Source: a virus
Taxonomy: Duplodnaviria > Caudoviricetes
Virus record (IMG/VR): IMGVR_UViG_3300042892_000699
Reading direction: 5' to 3' (one strand)
Length of the DNA stretch: 64,000 nucleotides
Shown one piece after another: positions 19,653 to 29,716 of this stretch; position 1 is the stretch's first letter, and each line of letters starts with the position of its first letter. The notes below the pieces were generated by a model. It saw only the letters and a list, made by a program, of their open reading frames with translations. It made no database searches and was not told the origin of the DNA. Both the position numbers and the translations under genes were made by a program.

Positions 19653-20309
19653 ATGATCATTGGCTTTGTTGGGTTTATAGGGTCGGGCAAAGATACTGCC
19701 GCAGATTATCTAGTTAATACACACGGGTTTAGAAGAGACTCATTTGCAAATACATTAAAAGACGCGGTTGCAGCCGTATTTGGTTGGGACCGCGTTCTGT
19801 TGGAAGGGCGTACAAAAGAAGCCCGGGAATGGCGAGAACAAGTAGACCCGTGGTGGGCTGAACGTTTAGATATGCCCAAATTAACTCCACGTTGGGTTCT
19901 ACAATATTGGGGTACAGAAGTATGTCGTACAGGGTTTCATGATGACATTTGGATTGCTTCTGTAGAAAACAAAATGCGTAAAACTACTGATAATATCGTT
20001 ATTAGCGATGTGCGATTTCCTAATGAAATCAAAGCAATTCATAATGCAGGCGGTATAGTAGTGCGTATCAAGCGCGGTGAAGAACCCGAATGGTATGATG
20101 CAGCAGTTAGTGCAAATTCTGGTCCAAATGGCAATGCTACTTGGAGTCTAAGTAAGGCTAAATTAGCGCAACTTAAAATTCACGCAAGTGAAACAGCATG
20201 GGTCGGTGGCGCAATTGACCACACTGTGTATAACAACACCACCATTGACGCACTGTTTGAACAAATTAAAAGTCTGGTCGAAGATCGCCTTGTCGCCACG
20301 GCAATTTAA
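19653..20309 (+). CDS. gp1: Deoxynucleoside monophosphate kinase, T4 gp1-like
   Basis: MIIGFVGFIGSGKDT P-loop, SFANTLKD, PRWVLQYWGTE, ISDVRFPNE, HASE. Confidence 0.9.
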   Translation: MIIGFVGFIGSGKDTAADYLVNTHGFRRDSFANTLKDAVAAVFGWDRVLLEGRTKEAREWREQVDPWWAERLDMPKLTPRWVLQYWGTEVCRTGFHDDIWIASVENKMRKTTDNIVISDVRFPNEIKAIHNAGGIVVRIKRGEEPEWYDAAVSANSGPNGNATWSLSKAKLAQLKIHASETAWVGGAIDHTVYNNTTIDALFEQIKSLVEDRLVATAI

Positions 20310-20601
20310 GTTTATGTAATAATCGTTGACAGTTAGCGCATACTGTTTTTAGATTAGTATATCTACAGTTGGTAAGATCTCCGTCAACGTGAAACACATT
20401 AAATTGTTCTAGATATTTCGAAGTAAAGCTGCATTTATCACATGTGGCTTTTTTCTTGTAGCCTGCTCTAGCCCATAATGGGGTACCTTCTCCCCTTTCT
20501 CTAGCACAATGATCGCACTTTGACCTATAGAATGGCTTGCCTTCCTTATAGTAGTTGATAGCAACCGGTCGTTGATTGCACTTTTTACATAAATCTCTCA
20601 T
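20266..20601 (-). CDS. Zinc-binding HNH-like protein (degenerate motif)
   Basis: CKKC, CDHC, CDKC; FHVDGDLTNCRYTNLKTVCANCQ resembles HHxDG..NN...NL..LCxxCH. Confidence 0.6.
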   Translation of the reverse strand: MRDLCKKCNQRPVAINYYKEGKPFYRSKCDHCARERGEGTPLWARAGYKKKATCDKCSFTSKYLEQFNVFHVDGDLTNCRYTNLKTVCANCQRLLHKLKLPWRQGDLRPDF

Positions 20602-20663
20602 CTTGCGCCCTTTTAATTGCCCTTTTCTTTGTATTTAATACCGGGAAAAAACAGCCAAACCGC

Positions 20664-20669
20664 TAAATA
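20664..20669 (+). promoter_or_regulatory. Late promoter motif TAAATA
   Basis: Upstream of the sheath gene; AGGAG RBS follows. Confidence 0.6.
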
Positions 20670-20703
20670 ATTTAAAGTAAAAATCCATTTAGGAGATCAG
20701 GTA

Positions 20704-23658
20704 ATGGCAACATTGAATTCACCAGGCGTACAAGTAACCGTAATCGATGAGAGTTTTTATACTCCATCAGCCCCAGGCACAGTGCCTATGGTATTTGTAG
20801 CGTCTGCACAAGATAAAACAAACCCTAGCGGTACAACCGCATTGGGTACAACCGCAGCAAATGCAGGTAAAGTTTGGTTGATTACAAGTCAACGAGATTT
20901 AACTGACACATTTGGTACTCCGGTTTTCTATACTGATGCTAGCAGTAATCCACAGCACGGTAATGAACTTAACGAGTACGGACTGCAAGCCACTTATAGT
21001 CTTTTAGGCGCAAGCTCGAGAGCGTACATTGTACGTGCTGATCTTGATTTAGGTGAACTAGTTCCAACTAGCAGCGTACCAGAAGGTAATCCTGTAGCAG
21101 GAACATACTGGCTAGATACAGATGCTAGCCTATATGGTGTTAAAGAATGGGACGCAAGTACATTGAAATTTACTTCTAAAACTCCTATAGTGTTAGATGA
21201 TACTTCTCCTGCTTCTAGCTTCAGCGGTACAGCACCTTCAAACTCTATCGGTTCTAAAGGAGACTTTTGTATTGTTGTTACAAACGATAATGCAAACACT
21301 CTTTACAGAAAATCTTCCGGTAATGCATGGGTAGCAGTTCAAGATTCTTTTGACAGCGGTAAGAGATATGTTGCTGCTCCTCACTATTCTTACCCAGTAT
21401 TCAACGCTAGTACAGCAACTGGTTCTGTATGGGTTACTACAACAACTCCATCAAACGGTGCAAACTGGAGCGTAAAATATTATAACGGTTCTACACAAGA
21501 CTGGAGCACAGTATCTGCTCCTATCTACAGTGGCGTCAACGAAGCAAACAGAACATTAGATCCTAACGGTGGCGGAACAAGCGTTGGCGTAGGTACATTG
21601 TTTGTTGATAGTAATATCAGCGATGCAACAACTGCAACCAGCACTTTCAAAGTGTGGAGAAAAGCAGTTGCAGGTGTAACGTCAGTTACAGGTTCTGCAA
21701 CAACAAATGCTTCAACAGGATCACATACATTTACTATTAGAGAAAGTAGAAATACAACCACTAACTACAGTGCTTCTTATACAATCACTTTAGCTGGTAC
21801 TACATCTTCTATCCTAGCATCTTTAATTCCAGCTGCTATCAGTGGATCACAATTACAGTATGTTACTGCATCATGGGATTCTACAAACAACAAGTTAACA
21901 ATGGCACACAGCCAGGGTGGTAACTTTGAAATGGTAGACGGCACAAGTAACCCATTAACAAAGATCGGATTTACAGCGTATGATGTAGTATTGCAATCAG
22001 GAACACCTAATCTATACACATCGCCTGCCGGAACTGGGCTAGTTGCAACTAACTGGAAACCTTTGGTTTACGAAGCAAGAGCAACTGCTCCTACAACAGA
22101 TCCAGCTGACGGAGCATTATGGTACAGCAGTGTTGTTGACGAAGTCGATGTGTTATATCACAACGGAACAACATGGGTTAGCTATCGAGATGCTACGGCA
22201 TTTCCTAACACAAGCCCCAACGGTCCTATTGTTAGCGCAACTGAACCAGATGCAGCTACTGGTCAAAGCGACGGAACTCAACTAGACACAGGTGACGTCT
22301 GGATCAGCACAGCTAATCTAGAAAGATTTGGTAAAGACATTTACGTTTACAGCACAACTAACGGATGGGTTTTACAAGACACCACTGATCAGTCTACTCC
22401 TGACGGATGGTTGTTTGCTGATGCACGTTGGGCAACATCTGGCAGTGCAACAGCACCTAGTACAATTGAAGCCTTACTAGCCAGCAACTACTTAGATCCA
22501 GATGCACCAGATCCAGCAATATATCCAAAAGGCATGCGCCTATGGAACACTCGCCGCAGTGGATTTAACGTTAAGAAATACATTGTAGGACATTTAAATC
22601 TAAATGCTAACAATGAACAAAACACTCGTTTCAACAACCAGTCTATGACTTCGTATGTTGCTGATCGTTGGGTAAGTCAATATCCAACAGCGGAAGACGG
22701 TAGTCCACAGTTTGGTCGTTTGGCACAGAGAGCACAAGTTGTAAATGCATTCAAAGAACTAATTGATTCTAACTCAACAATTCGTGACACTGATACATTA
22801 AACTTCAACTTGCTAGCAACACCAGGCTACCCGGAAGCTATTCAGAACATGATTGCATTCAATACCGATCGTGGCGTTACTGCATTTGTAGTAGGTGATA
22901 CTCCATTCCGTTTAGCACCAACTGGCACAGCACTAAGCAACTGGGGTAATAACACCGCCCTTGCATTAGACAACGGTGATGCTGGCGCAACAAGTTTTGA
23001 CGAATACATGGCTATGTACTACCCAAGTGGCTTCACTAACGATAACACTGGCAACAGTATTGTTGTTCCACCAAGCCACATGATGCTACGTACAATCATT
23101 AACAGTGATGCTAAGAGCTATCCATGGTTTGCTCCAGCAGGTACACGTCGTGGCGGAGTTGACAATGCCAGCAGCGTTGGATATGTTGATGCAGAAGGTG
23201 AATTCAGAACCGTTGCACTACACCAAGGACTACGTGATGTACTTGATGATGTTAAGATTAATCCAATTGCAACACTAACAGGTGTCGGAGTTTTAGCGTA
23301 TGGTCAACGTACTCGTGCAAGAAATGCTTCATCATTAGATAGAATTAACGTTGCTCGTTTAGTTTGCTACCTACGTAGACAGCTTGATGTTTTAGCAAGA
23401 CCGTTCTTGTTTGAACCTAATGATGCTCAAACACGTAGAGAAATTAAAGCAGCAGCAGAAAGCCTAATGTTAGAGTTAGTAGGTCAACGTGCCCTATATG
23501 ACTTTATTGTAGTCTGTGATGAAACAAATAACACACCAGCAAGAATTGATCGCAGTGAGTTGTATGTTGATATTGCTATTGAACCAGTTAAGGCCGTGGA
23601 ATTTATCTACATTCCATTACGCTTGAAAAATACTGGCGATATTGCAGCTGGACTATAA
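20704..23658 (+). CDS. gp18: Contractile tail sheath protein
   Basis: SPGVQVTVIDES N-terminus; PWFAPAGTRRG, INPI...G...YGQRT, SSLDRINVARL, FLFEPND..TR, CDETNNTP..IDR.EL.VDI.IEPVKAVEFI. Confidence 0.95.
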   Translation: MATLNSPGVQVTVIDESFYTPSAPGTVPMVFVASAQDKTNPSGTTALGTTAANAGKVWLITSQRDLTDTFGTPVFYTDASSNPQHGNELNEYGLQATYSLLGASSRAYIVRADLDLGELVPTSSVPEGNPVAGTYWLDTDASLYGVKEWDASTLKFTSKTPIVLDDTSPASSFSGTAPSNSIGSKGDFCIVVTNDNANTLYRKSSGNAWVAVQDSFDSGKRYVAAPHYSYPVFNASTATGSVWVTTTTPSNGANWSVKYYNGSTQDWSTVSAPIYSGVNEANRTLDPNGGGTSVGVGTLFVDSNISDATTATSTFKVWRKAVAGVTSVTGSATTNASTGSHTFTIRESRNTTTNYSASYTITLAGTTSSILASLIPAAISGSQLQYVTASWDSTNNKLTMAHSQGGNFEMVDGTSNPLTKIGFTAYDVVLQSGTPNLYTSPAGTGLVATNWKPLVYEARATAPTTDPADGALWYSSVVDEVDVLYHNGTTWVSYRDATAFPNTSPNGPIVSATEPDAATGQSDGTQLDTGDVWISTANLERFGKDIYVYSTTNGWVLQDTTDQSTPDGWLFADARWATSGSATAPSTIEALLASNYLDPDAPDPAIYPKGMRLWNTRRSGFNVKKYIVGHLNLNANNEQNTRFNNQSMTSYVADRWVSQYPTAEDGSPQFGRLAQRAQVVNAFKELIDSNSTIRDTDTLNFNLLATPGYPEAIQNMIAFNTDRGVTAFVVGDTPFRLAPTGTALSNWGNNTALALDNGDAGATSFDEYMAMYYPSGFTNDNTGNSIVVPPSHMMLRTIINSDAKSYPWFAPAGTRRGGVDNASSVGYVDAEGEFRTVALHQGLRDVLDDVKINPIATLTGVGVLAYGQRTRARNASSLDRINVARLVCYLRRQLDVLARPFLFEPNDAQTRREIKAAAESLMLELVGQRALYDFIVVCDETNNTPARIDRSELYVDIAIEPVKAVEFIYIPLRLKNTGDIAAGL

Positions 23659-23662
23659 TAGG

Positions 23663-23668
23663 TAAATA
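23663..23668 (+). promoter_or_regulatory. Late promoter motif TAAATA
   Basis: Upstream of the tube gene; AAGGAG RBS follows. Confidence 0.6.
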
Positions 23669-23689
23669 AAAGAATAAGGAGCATTAAAG

Positions 23690-24337
23690 ATGCCAATTGC
23701 AAGTTTAAATAGATTCACAGTACCGTTGAGCGCCACACAGGCAGCATCAACTCAGGGTCTGTTGATGCCAAAATTAAAGTACCGCTTCCGCGTTACATTA
23801 GACAATTTCGGTGTCCAGGGTACTCCTTCTACTGAATTAACTAAACAAGTTATGACAGTAAGCAGACCTAGCGTTAGTTTCACAACAGTTGAACTACCTG
23901 TATATAACAGCACTGTAAAAATTGCTGGTAAGCACAAGTGGGAAGACGCTGAACTAAAATTACGCGATGACGCAAGTGGAGTTGTAAGCAAGAAAGTAGG
24001 CGAGCAACTTCAGAAGCAGTTTGACTTTTTTGAACAAAGTGCGGCAGCAAGCGCAATCGATTATAAGTTTAGAATGCGAGTTGAAATTTTAGATGGTGGT
24101 AACGGACAATTTGAACCTGTTACACTAGAAAGTTTTGAATTTCTAGGATGCTGGGTAACTAAAGCAACATATCAAGGCGGAGACTACTCAAGTAACGACC
24201 CAATGGATGTTACGTTAGGTATCTGTTATGATAATGCAATTCAATTAGAAGCACCAGGCGGCACAGCAAGCGGTATCGGCTTAGATGTAGGTCGTGTTGT
24301 AAGACCAGCTGGCGCTCAAGGACTAGCTACAGGTTAA
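23690..24337 (+). CDS. gp19: Tail tube protein
   Basis: Follows the sheath gene; PKLKYRFRV, RPSVSF, KIAGKHKWE..L.LRDD, ICYDNA. Confidence 0.85.
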   Translation: MPIASLNRFTVPLSATQAASTQGLLMPKLKYRFRVTLDNFGVQGTPSTELTKQVMTVSRPSVSFTTVELPVYNSTVKIAGKHKWEDAELKLRDDASGVVSKKVGEQLQKQFDFFEQSAAASAIDYKFRMRVEILDGGNGQFEPVTLESFEFLGCWVTKATYQGGDYSSNDPMDVTLGICYDNAIQLEAPGGTASGIGLDVGRVVRPAGAQGLATG

Positions 24338-24357
24338 TAGTTTTATTGACTATAATC

Positions 24358-24382
24358 AAGCCCAGAATATCTGGGCTTTTTC
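24358..24382 (+). terminator. Rho-independent terminator
   Basis: AAGCCCAG-aatat-CTGGGCTT followed by a T tract, after the tube gene. Confidence 0.8.
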
Positions 24383-24388
24383 TTTGAC

Positions 24389-24394
24389 TAAATA
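24389..24394 (+). promoter_or_regulatory. Late promoter motif TAAATA, 5 nt before ATG
   Basis: CTAAATATTCATATG. Confidence 0.65.
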
Positions 24395-24399
24395 TTCAT

Positions 24400-25524
24400 A
24401 TGAGTAATGCCTTTAATAATTTTCTAACATCTTCTAACTCTAGTTATACCTCCGGGTACCCTGTGATGAAGGACTATCAACATGCTAGTCGATTGTATGT
24501 TGATAGTACATATGCAAGGGCCCCAAAATTTGGGTTTATCTATTTTGTACAAATTAATTTAAATTCTGATGCAATTATTGATCAACAATGGTTAAGTCAG
24601 CGAGGTAGTAAAGACGTAGGATTGCTTGCAAAGAAAACAGATTTACCTAGATTTACAGTAGCCACTGAAACTGTAAATCAATATAATAGAAAAACAGTAG
24701 TTCAAACAAAATTAACATACTCGCCTATTACAATAGAACTACACGATGACAACAGTAACCTAACACATAATCTATGGTTAAATTATTTTAAACATTATTA
24801 TGCAGACAGCAACTATGGTGATCTAGATTCAGGTACTGTTAAGGCTAGAACAAGCCCTGAGGCCTTTAGAGATACAAAATATGGAACTATAGATTATACA
24901 TACGGACGTTACGATAGAGGACTAAAAGATAATCAGTTTATCAAGTCCATTGACATCTATGTTCTTCATCAAAAGAAATTCACACAATATACTTTAATTA
25001 ATCCACTTATAACTGAATGGGCACATGATAACGTTGCTCAGAGTGACGGTGGTAAAATTTTACAAAATAAGATGCAGGTATCTTATGAAACAGTGATATA
25101 TAAAACTGGGGCAGTTAACCCTGGAAAGTCTCCCGAGACATGGATTCCTATTTACTACGACAACACTCCTAGTCCTTATGGAGTTAAAGGAGATCCGTTT
25201 CCCGAGAAGAAAATTGTTTACAGGCCTCCTGCAAATTCAAATCCATTATTAGATATTGCTAAAATTTTAGCAAAGAATTATATTAACAAAAATGGTTTAG
25301 GGAAAGCAAAGGGCGTGGGCTACAATATTGCATCAAGCGCACTAGGTGCAATATCTGCAACTAGTCCCGGAAAATACTCAAGCCCACCTAGTACTCAAAA
25401 TCAACCCGGAATTTTTAACTTGCCCGGAGGTATCGGGATAAACATATTCAAAGGTTTCAATACCAGTGTTGATGGAAAAATTAGAGCAAATCCTGCAGCC
25501 ATCATATTCCCACCTAAGAGATAA
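24400..25524 (+). CDS. Tube-like baseplate protein (gp48/gp54-like tube initiator or cap)
   Basis: DLPRFTVATETVNQYNRK.VVQTK..Y.PI.I..HDD, YTLINPLITEW..D tube-fold motifs. Confidence 0.6.
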   Translation: MSNAFNNFLTSSNSSYTSGYPVMKDYQHASRLYVDSTYARAPKFGFIYFVQINLNSDAIIDQQWLSQRGSKDVGLLAKKTDLPRFTVATETVNQYNRKTVVQTKLTYSPITIELHDDNSNLTHNLWLNYFKHYYADSNYGDLDSGTVKARTSPEAFRDTKYGTIDYTYGRYDRGLKDNQFIKSIDIYVLHQKKFTQYTLINPLITEWAHDNVAQSDGGKILQNKMQVSYETVIYKTGAVNPGKSPETWIPIYYDNTPSPYGVKGDPFPEKKIVYRPPANSNPLLDIAKILAKNYINKNGLGKAKGVGYNIASSALGAISATSPGKYSSPPSTQNQPGIFNLPGGIGINIFKGFNTSVDGKIRANPAAIIFPPKR

Positions 25525-25526
25525 TT

Positions 25527-25889
25527 ATGAATTATTCTAACATTCCTGTATCGAATACTACAAATCAAACTGTAATTGCATTTGATAACAAGTATACATC
25601 TCCAGTAGAGATAGATGCAACTGTATTTGCCGCAATGAAGGGATATTTTACAAATAAAAGTTTTGGTGAAGTGTCTGCAGAATCAATTGCTGTTATTTTA
25701 ATAACACAGGCAAAACAAGATGGTTATAATCCTATGCAAATCTTAGATACCCTAAGAGGATTAAATGACGTAGAACTATCGGGGCTTGTATCTGAAATCT
25801 TAAATTACAATAGATTTAAAACAAGTAGTCTAGGTTACGCACAAGAATTTAAAACAAATCCCGAAATACAACGAAACATAATTGCATGA
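25527..25889 (+). CDS. Hypothetical protein (baseplate region)
   Basis: 120-aa ORF in the operon; ATGA overlap downstream. Confidence 0.6.
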   Translation: MNYSNIPVSNTTNQTVIAFDNKYTSPVEIDATVFAAMKGYFTNKSFGEVSAESIAVILITQAKQDGYNPMQILDTLRGLNDVELSGLVSEILNYNRFKTSSLGYAQEFKTNPEIQRNIIA

Positions 25890-26332
25890 GTTTGAAGTTT
25901 AGTAAAGGCGGTTTTAAACTCAACAACCCGGAAAAGTATGTAGGTAACAAACTACCTATATATAGAAGTAGTTGGGAGTTTACTGTGATGACATTTTGTG
26001 ATAACAATCCTGCCGTACAGCAATGGAGCAGCGAACCTGTAAAAATTCCATATAAAGATCCATTATCAGGAAAGCAAACAATTTATGTACCAGACTTTCT
26101 TGTGGTATATCTTGACAAGACACAGAAACGTCACGCAGAACTATGGGAAGTAAAACCTGCAAATCAAACACTTAAAGAAAAAGTTGGTAAAAATGTTTAT
26201 AATCAGGCACAGTTTATAAAAAATCAAGCTAAATGGGCAGCAGCATCTCAGTGGTGTCAACAAAACGGTGTCAAATTTCGAATCCTTAATGAAGGAGATA
26301 TTTTCCATAATCCTGGAAAACGAAATAAGTAA
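25886..26332 (+). CDS. gp4: Head completion nuclease, T4 gp4-like (TnsA-like PD-(D/E)xK)
   Basis: NPEKYVG...YRSSWE..M.FCDNNP.V.QWSSE..IPY..P..GK...YVPDF...EVKP...KW.AA..WC. Confidence 0.85.
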   Translation: MSLKFSKGGFKLNNPEKYVGNKLPIYRSSWEFTVMTFCDNNPAVQQWSSEPVKIPYKDPLSGKQTIYVPDFLVVYLDKTQKRHAELWEVKPANQTLKEKVGKNVYNQAQFIKNQAKWAAASQWCQQNGVKFRILNEGDIFHNPGKRNK

Positions 26333-26336
26333 AAGT

Positions 26337-26816
26337 ATGACAAAGCGACTAGAAGAATTACTTAATATAGAAACCGGCGAGCCCGTTATTGCTGCCAAAC
26401 CTGTTGATGCTGAACCTGTAGCAACTATTGACTTACAAGAAAAACTAGAAGAGTTTGATAAAATTGCGTCTGCTTTACCTAGAGTTAAAGGGCTAGGAGA
26501 TATGGCTGATGGTGAATTAGATGCACTAGCCGACAAAGCAGAAAAAGCCTACGATGATCTAATGGATCTAGGCATGAATGTAGAAGCACGTTATGGCGCA
26601 CGTATGTTTGAAGTTGCAGCCAGCATGATGACACAGGCTATTGCTGCAAAGAGTGCTAAAATAGATAAGAAGTTAAAGATGGTTGATCTACAGTTAAAGA
26701 AGCTGGCGATCGACAAAAAGCACGGAGGCGAAAGTGGAGAAACTGTGCAAGGTGAAGGATATATACTTACGGACCGTAATAGTATCCTTGAAAAACTTAA
26801 AAATTTGAATAAATAA
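26337..26816 (+). CDS. Probable terminase small subunit (gp16-like)
   Basis: Start moved to ATG 26337; helical ARMFEVAASMM..AIAAK...LQLKK and C-terminal ILTDRNSILEKLK resemble the gp16 architecture; upstream of the large subunit. Confidence 0.5.
   Translation: MTKRLEELLNIETGEPVIAAKPVDAEPVATIDLQEKLEEFDKIASALPRVKGLGDMADGELDALADKAEKAYDDLMDLGMNVEARYGARMFEVAASMMTQAIAAKSAKIDKKLKMVDLQLKKLAIDKKHGGESGETVQGEGYILTDRNSILEKLKNLNK
26810..26815 (+). promoter_or_regulatory. Late promoter motif TAAATA, 7 nt before ATG 26823
   Basis: TAAATAAATCATCATG. Confidence 0.55.
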
Positions 26817-26822
26817 ATCATC

Positions 26823-27410
26823 ATGAAATCATTCACCGAATACCTAACCGAGTCTAAGAAACAGTATGACTTCCGCATTAAAATTGCAGGAGAAATGTCT
26901 ACTGAGAAGGAAGACACAATGAAGCGTTTGCTAGGGCGTTTTACTAACGAAAATACCCTAACAGGATTTAAAAAATCAAAGACGCCTATTCAAGCAGTAC
27001 CGTTAGACTTTCCGCAAGTTAAAAACTGCGAAGTAAATATCTATGAAGTTACTCTAGATTTTCCAACAACACAGTTTGAACTAACAGAATATCTAGCAGC
27101 TGAATTAGGTATTGGCAAACAAAATCTTGTGGTTCGTCGTCCAGGCGAGCCAAGTGAAGAATATCAAATGCCCGCTGAGAAAAGAGAAGGGGCCTTATTG
27201 CTAGATCCTGACTATAAAGAGGCAGGCAATCCGCAGTTTGAAAATTACTACGGTGATAAGTACAATACTGGTTTTGTTAAAGAATTGAATGATATCTTAA
27301 AACTTCAACGTAAAGAACGTGGAGAAGAAATCCCAACAGAAGGTGCTGCCAAATACAATACGGATGCAGAGCCGGGTAACACAAGCCTATTTGGCGGCAA
27401 AGGAAAATAA
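26823..27410 (+). CDS. Putative capsid-internal protein with T4-type capsid targeting sequence
   Basis: N-terminus MKSFTEYLTES resembles the T4 internal-protein CTS MKTYQEFIAE. Confidence 0.55.
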   Translation: MKSFTEYLTESKKQYDFRIKIAGEMSTEKEDTMKRLLGRFTNENTLTGFKKSKTPIQAVPLDFPQVKNCEVNIYEVTLDFPTTQFELTEYLAAELGIGKQNLVVRRPGEPSEEYQMPAEKREGALLLDPDYKEAGNPQFENYYGDKYNTGFVKELNDILKLQRKERGEEIPTEGAAKYNTDAEPGNTSLFGGKGK

Positions 27411-27411
27411 T

Positions 27412-28065
27412 ATGCATATGATCGACGTACTAAAAAGACTAGCAGAACTTGATGCTAAGAATCCTAACATTGTTAAGGAAAGTGCTCAAGTTGGGGAGTG
27501 TGGAATGATGCCAGGCATGGTTCCAGAAATGGGCATGAACATTGCTCCGGAGAAGCCATCGATGCCAGCAAGCATTAATATGACAGCAGGCAGCGGTGAC
27601 GAACTAAGCAACATGCTGGCCACTATTATGCAACTTGCAGGACAAAATAAACCTGTATCGGCAGCTCCTCCATTAGACAATGCTCCTCCAGCAGTCAGCA
27701 CATTAGAACCAGCAGGTGCACCATCAGCAACTGATACTATGCGTAGTGTCATTGACAAGTTGAATCCAATGGATGACAACGGTGAAGACGATGTTAATCA
27801 AGCACACGGTGATTTAGATAACGACGGTGATCACGACATGGATGATCACGATATGGAAAAGAAAGACAAAGTTGACGAGTATGACAATACTCCAGCTGAC
27901 CCAAATGACAAAGACGAGTTCGATGCAAACGCACACGCTCATCAAGAGAATCAGCCAGGGCAAGGCGATAGGATGGACGGAGATCGTCCAAAAGCATACG
28001 CAGATATGAACGAAGCAGTAAACGATCTATTTGCACAATATAAAAAGTTTGTACGTGAAAACTGA
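27412..28065 (+). CDS. Acidic low-complexity protein; putative head-internal/scaffold-like
   Basis: Start moved to ATG 27412 after an AAGGA RBS; D/P/M-rich with VKES, VDEY and MNEA candidate protease sites. Confidence 0.5.
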   Translation: MHMIDVLKRLAELDAKNPNIVKESAQVGECGMMPGMVPEMGMNIAPEKPSMPASINMTAGSGDELSNMLATIMQLAGQNKPVSAAPPLDNAPPAVSTLEPAGAPSATDTMRSVIDKLNPMDDNGEDDVNQAHGDLDNDGDHDMDDHDMEKKDKVDEYDNTPADPNDKDEFDANAHAHQENQPGQGDRMDGDRPKAYADMNEAVNDLFAQYKKFVREN

Positions 28066-28082
28066 TCAAACTTGTTTTACCA

Positions 28083-28110
28083 AATAGCCTCTTCGGAGGC
28101 TATTTTTTTT
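28083..28110 (+). terminator. Rho-independent terminator with UUCG loop
   Basis: AATAGCCTC-TTCG-GAGGCTATT plus T tract. Confidence 0.9.
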
Positions 28111-28112
28111 AG

Positions 28113-28118
28113 TAAATA
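28113..28118 (+). promoter_or_regulatory. Late promoter motif TAAATA, 5 nt before the terminase ATG
   Basis: GTAAATACTGCTATG directly after a terminator, so a new transcript must start here. Confidence 0.7.
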
Positions 28119-28123
28119 CTGCT

Positions 28124-29704
28124 ATGGCCTACACCGATAATAAATTAGTTAAAACTGCATACAGTGCTCAAAAATATACTGAAAAGGATATTGAAGAACT
28201 AATGAGCTGTACAGATCCAATTAACGGCCCACACTACTTTCTTGATCATTTCTTTTATATTCAACATCCCACTAAAGGTAAGTTACAATACGAACCGTTT
28301 GAATATCAGCGTAGACTAATTGACAGCTATCACGGAAATCGATTTAATGTAAATTTGTTACCTCGACAAACAGGTAAGACTACAACGGCCGCAGGATATC
28401 TATTATGGTACGCTATGTTTATTCCAGATGCTACTGTTCTAGTAGCTGCTCACAAGTTTACCGGTGCCCAAGAAATTATGTCGCGCATTCGATATGCGTA
28501 TGAATTATGTGCTGACCATATTCGTTGCGGTGTAAAGAGTTACAACAAACAGTCAATTGAATTTGACAATGGTTCGCGTATTATTGCACAGACAACAACT
28601 GAAACAACGGGTCGAGGTTTGTCATTGTCGCTACTATACGCCGACGAGTTTGCGTTCGTTGAACCTAATATTGCTGTTGAATTCTGGACTTCTATATCCC
28701 CTACACTTGCAACAGGCGGTAAAGCGATTATCACTTCAACGCCTAACAGTGACGAAGATCAATTTGCTAACATATGGAAAGAAGCAAACTACAAATTTGA
28801 CGAATTTGGCAACGAACAAAAATTAGGACGCAACGGATTCTTTCCATTCAGGGCATACTGGAACGAGCACCCGGATCGTGATGAAGTATGGGCCAATGAA
28901 GAACGTAGTCGTATTGGTGAAGAGCGTTTCCGTCGAGAACACGATTGCGAATTCTTAGTATTTGATGAAACATTAATTAACAGTATTTGTCTTGCAGGCA
29001 TGGAGGGTGATGAGCCTTATATGAAAATGGGTCAAGCACGTTGGTATAAGAAAGTTAATCCAATGAGCACATATCTACTAGCACTAGACCCTAGTTTAGG
29101 TACAGGTGGTGACCCTGCTGCTATTCAAATTTTAGAAATTCCTAGCTTTGAACAAGTAGGTGAGTGGCAACATAATCTAACTACTGTACAAGGGCAGGTG
29201 CGTATACTTAGAGATTTGTGTAACTTTATTAACGATGAATGTGCTAACAAAGGTGTGCAGGCAAGCATATATTATTCAGTAGAAAACAACAATATTGGCG
29301 AAGCGGCACTAGTTGCTATTGAAGAAATTGGAGAAGAAAGTATCCCGGGATTGTTTTTAAGCGAACCTATTAAGAAAGGACATGTGCGCCGGTTCCGTAA
29401 GGGATTTAACACTACAAATTCTAGCAAAATCAATGCATGTGCTAAATTAAAACATCTAGTAGAAAGCAAAAGATTCCGTGTTAGATCTAAACCTCTAATT
29501 AGCGAATTAAAAGGATATATTGCAAAAGGTGTTAGTTTTGAAGCTAAAGTAGGGCTGCATGACGACTTAGTAAGTGCTACGTTACTGGTTATACGCATGG
29601 CTTTAATGTTACAAGAATGGGATCCTGCAATTTACGATAAAATGCGGGAAGAGCGCGAGGACGAATTCCTAATGCCAATGCCTATCTATATATCTAATTA
29701 CTAA
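28124..29704 (+). CDS. gp17: Terminase large subunit
   Basis: LLPRQTGKTT Walker A, GRGLSLSLLYADEFAFV Walker B, ITSTPN, nuclease LALDPSLG, VENN, HDDLV. Confidence 0.95.
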   Translation: MAYTDNKLVKTAYSAQKYTEKDIEELMSCTDPINGPHYFLDHFFYIQHPTKGKLQYEPFEYQRRLIDSYHGNRFNVNLLPRQTGKTTTAAGYLLWYAMFIPDATVLVAAHKFTGAQEIMSRIRYAYELCADHIRCGVKSYNKQSIEFDNGSRIIAQTTTETTGRGLSLSLLYADEFAFVEPNIAVEFWTSISPTLATGGKAIITSTPNSDEDQFANIWKEANYKFDEFGNEQKLGRNGFFPFRAYWNEHPDRDEVWANEERSRIGEERFRREHDCEFLVFDETLINSICLAGMEGDEPYMKMGQARWYKKVNPMSTYLLALDPSLGTGGDPAAIQILEIPSFEQVGEWQHNLTTVQGQVRILRDLCNFINDECANKGVQASIYYSVENNNIGEAALVAIEEIGEESIPGLFLSEPIKKGHVRRFRKGFNTTNSSKINACAKLKHLVESKRFRVRSKPLISELKGYIAKGVSFEAKVGLHDDLVSATLLVIRMALMLQEWDPAIYDKMREEREDEFLMPMPIYISNY

Positions 29705-29710
29705 TAAATA
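29705..29710 (+). promoter_or_regulatory. Late promoter motif TAAATA, 6 nt before ATG
   Basis: ATAAATAACACATATG. Confidence 0.65.
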
Positions 29711-29716
29711 ACACAT

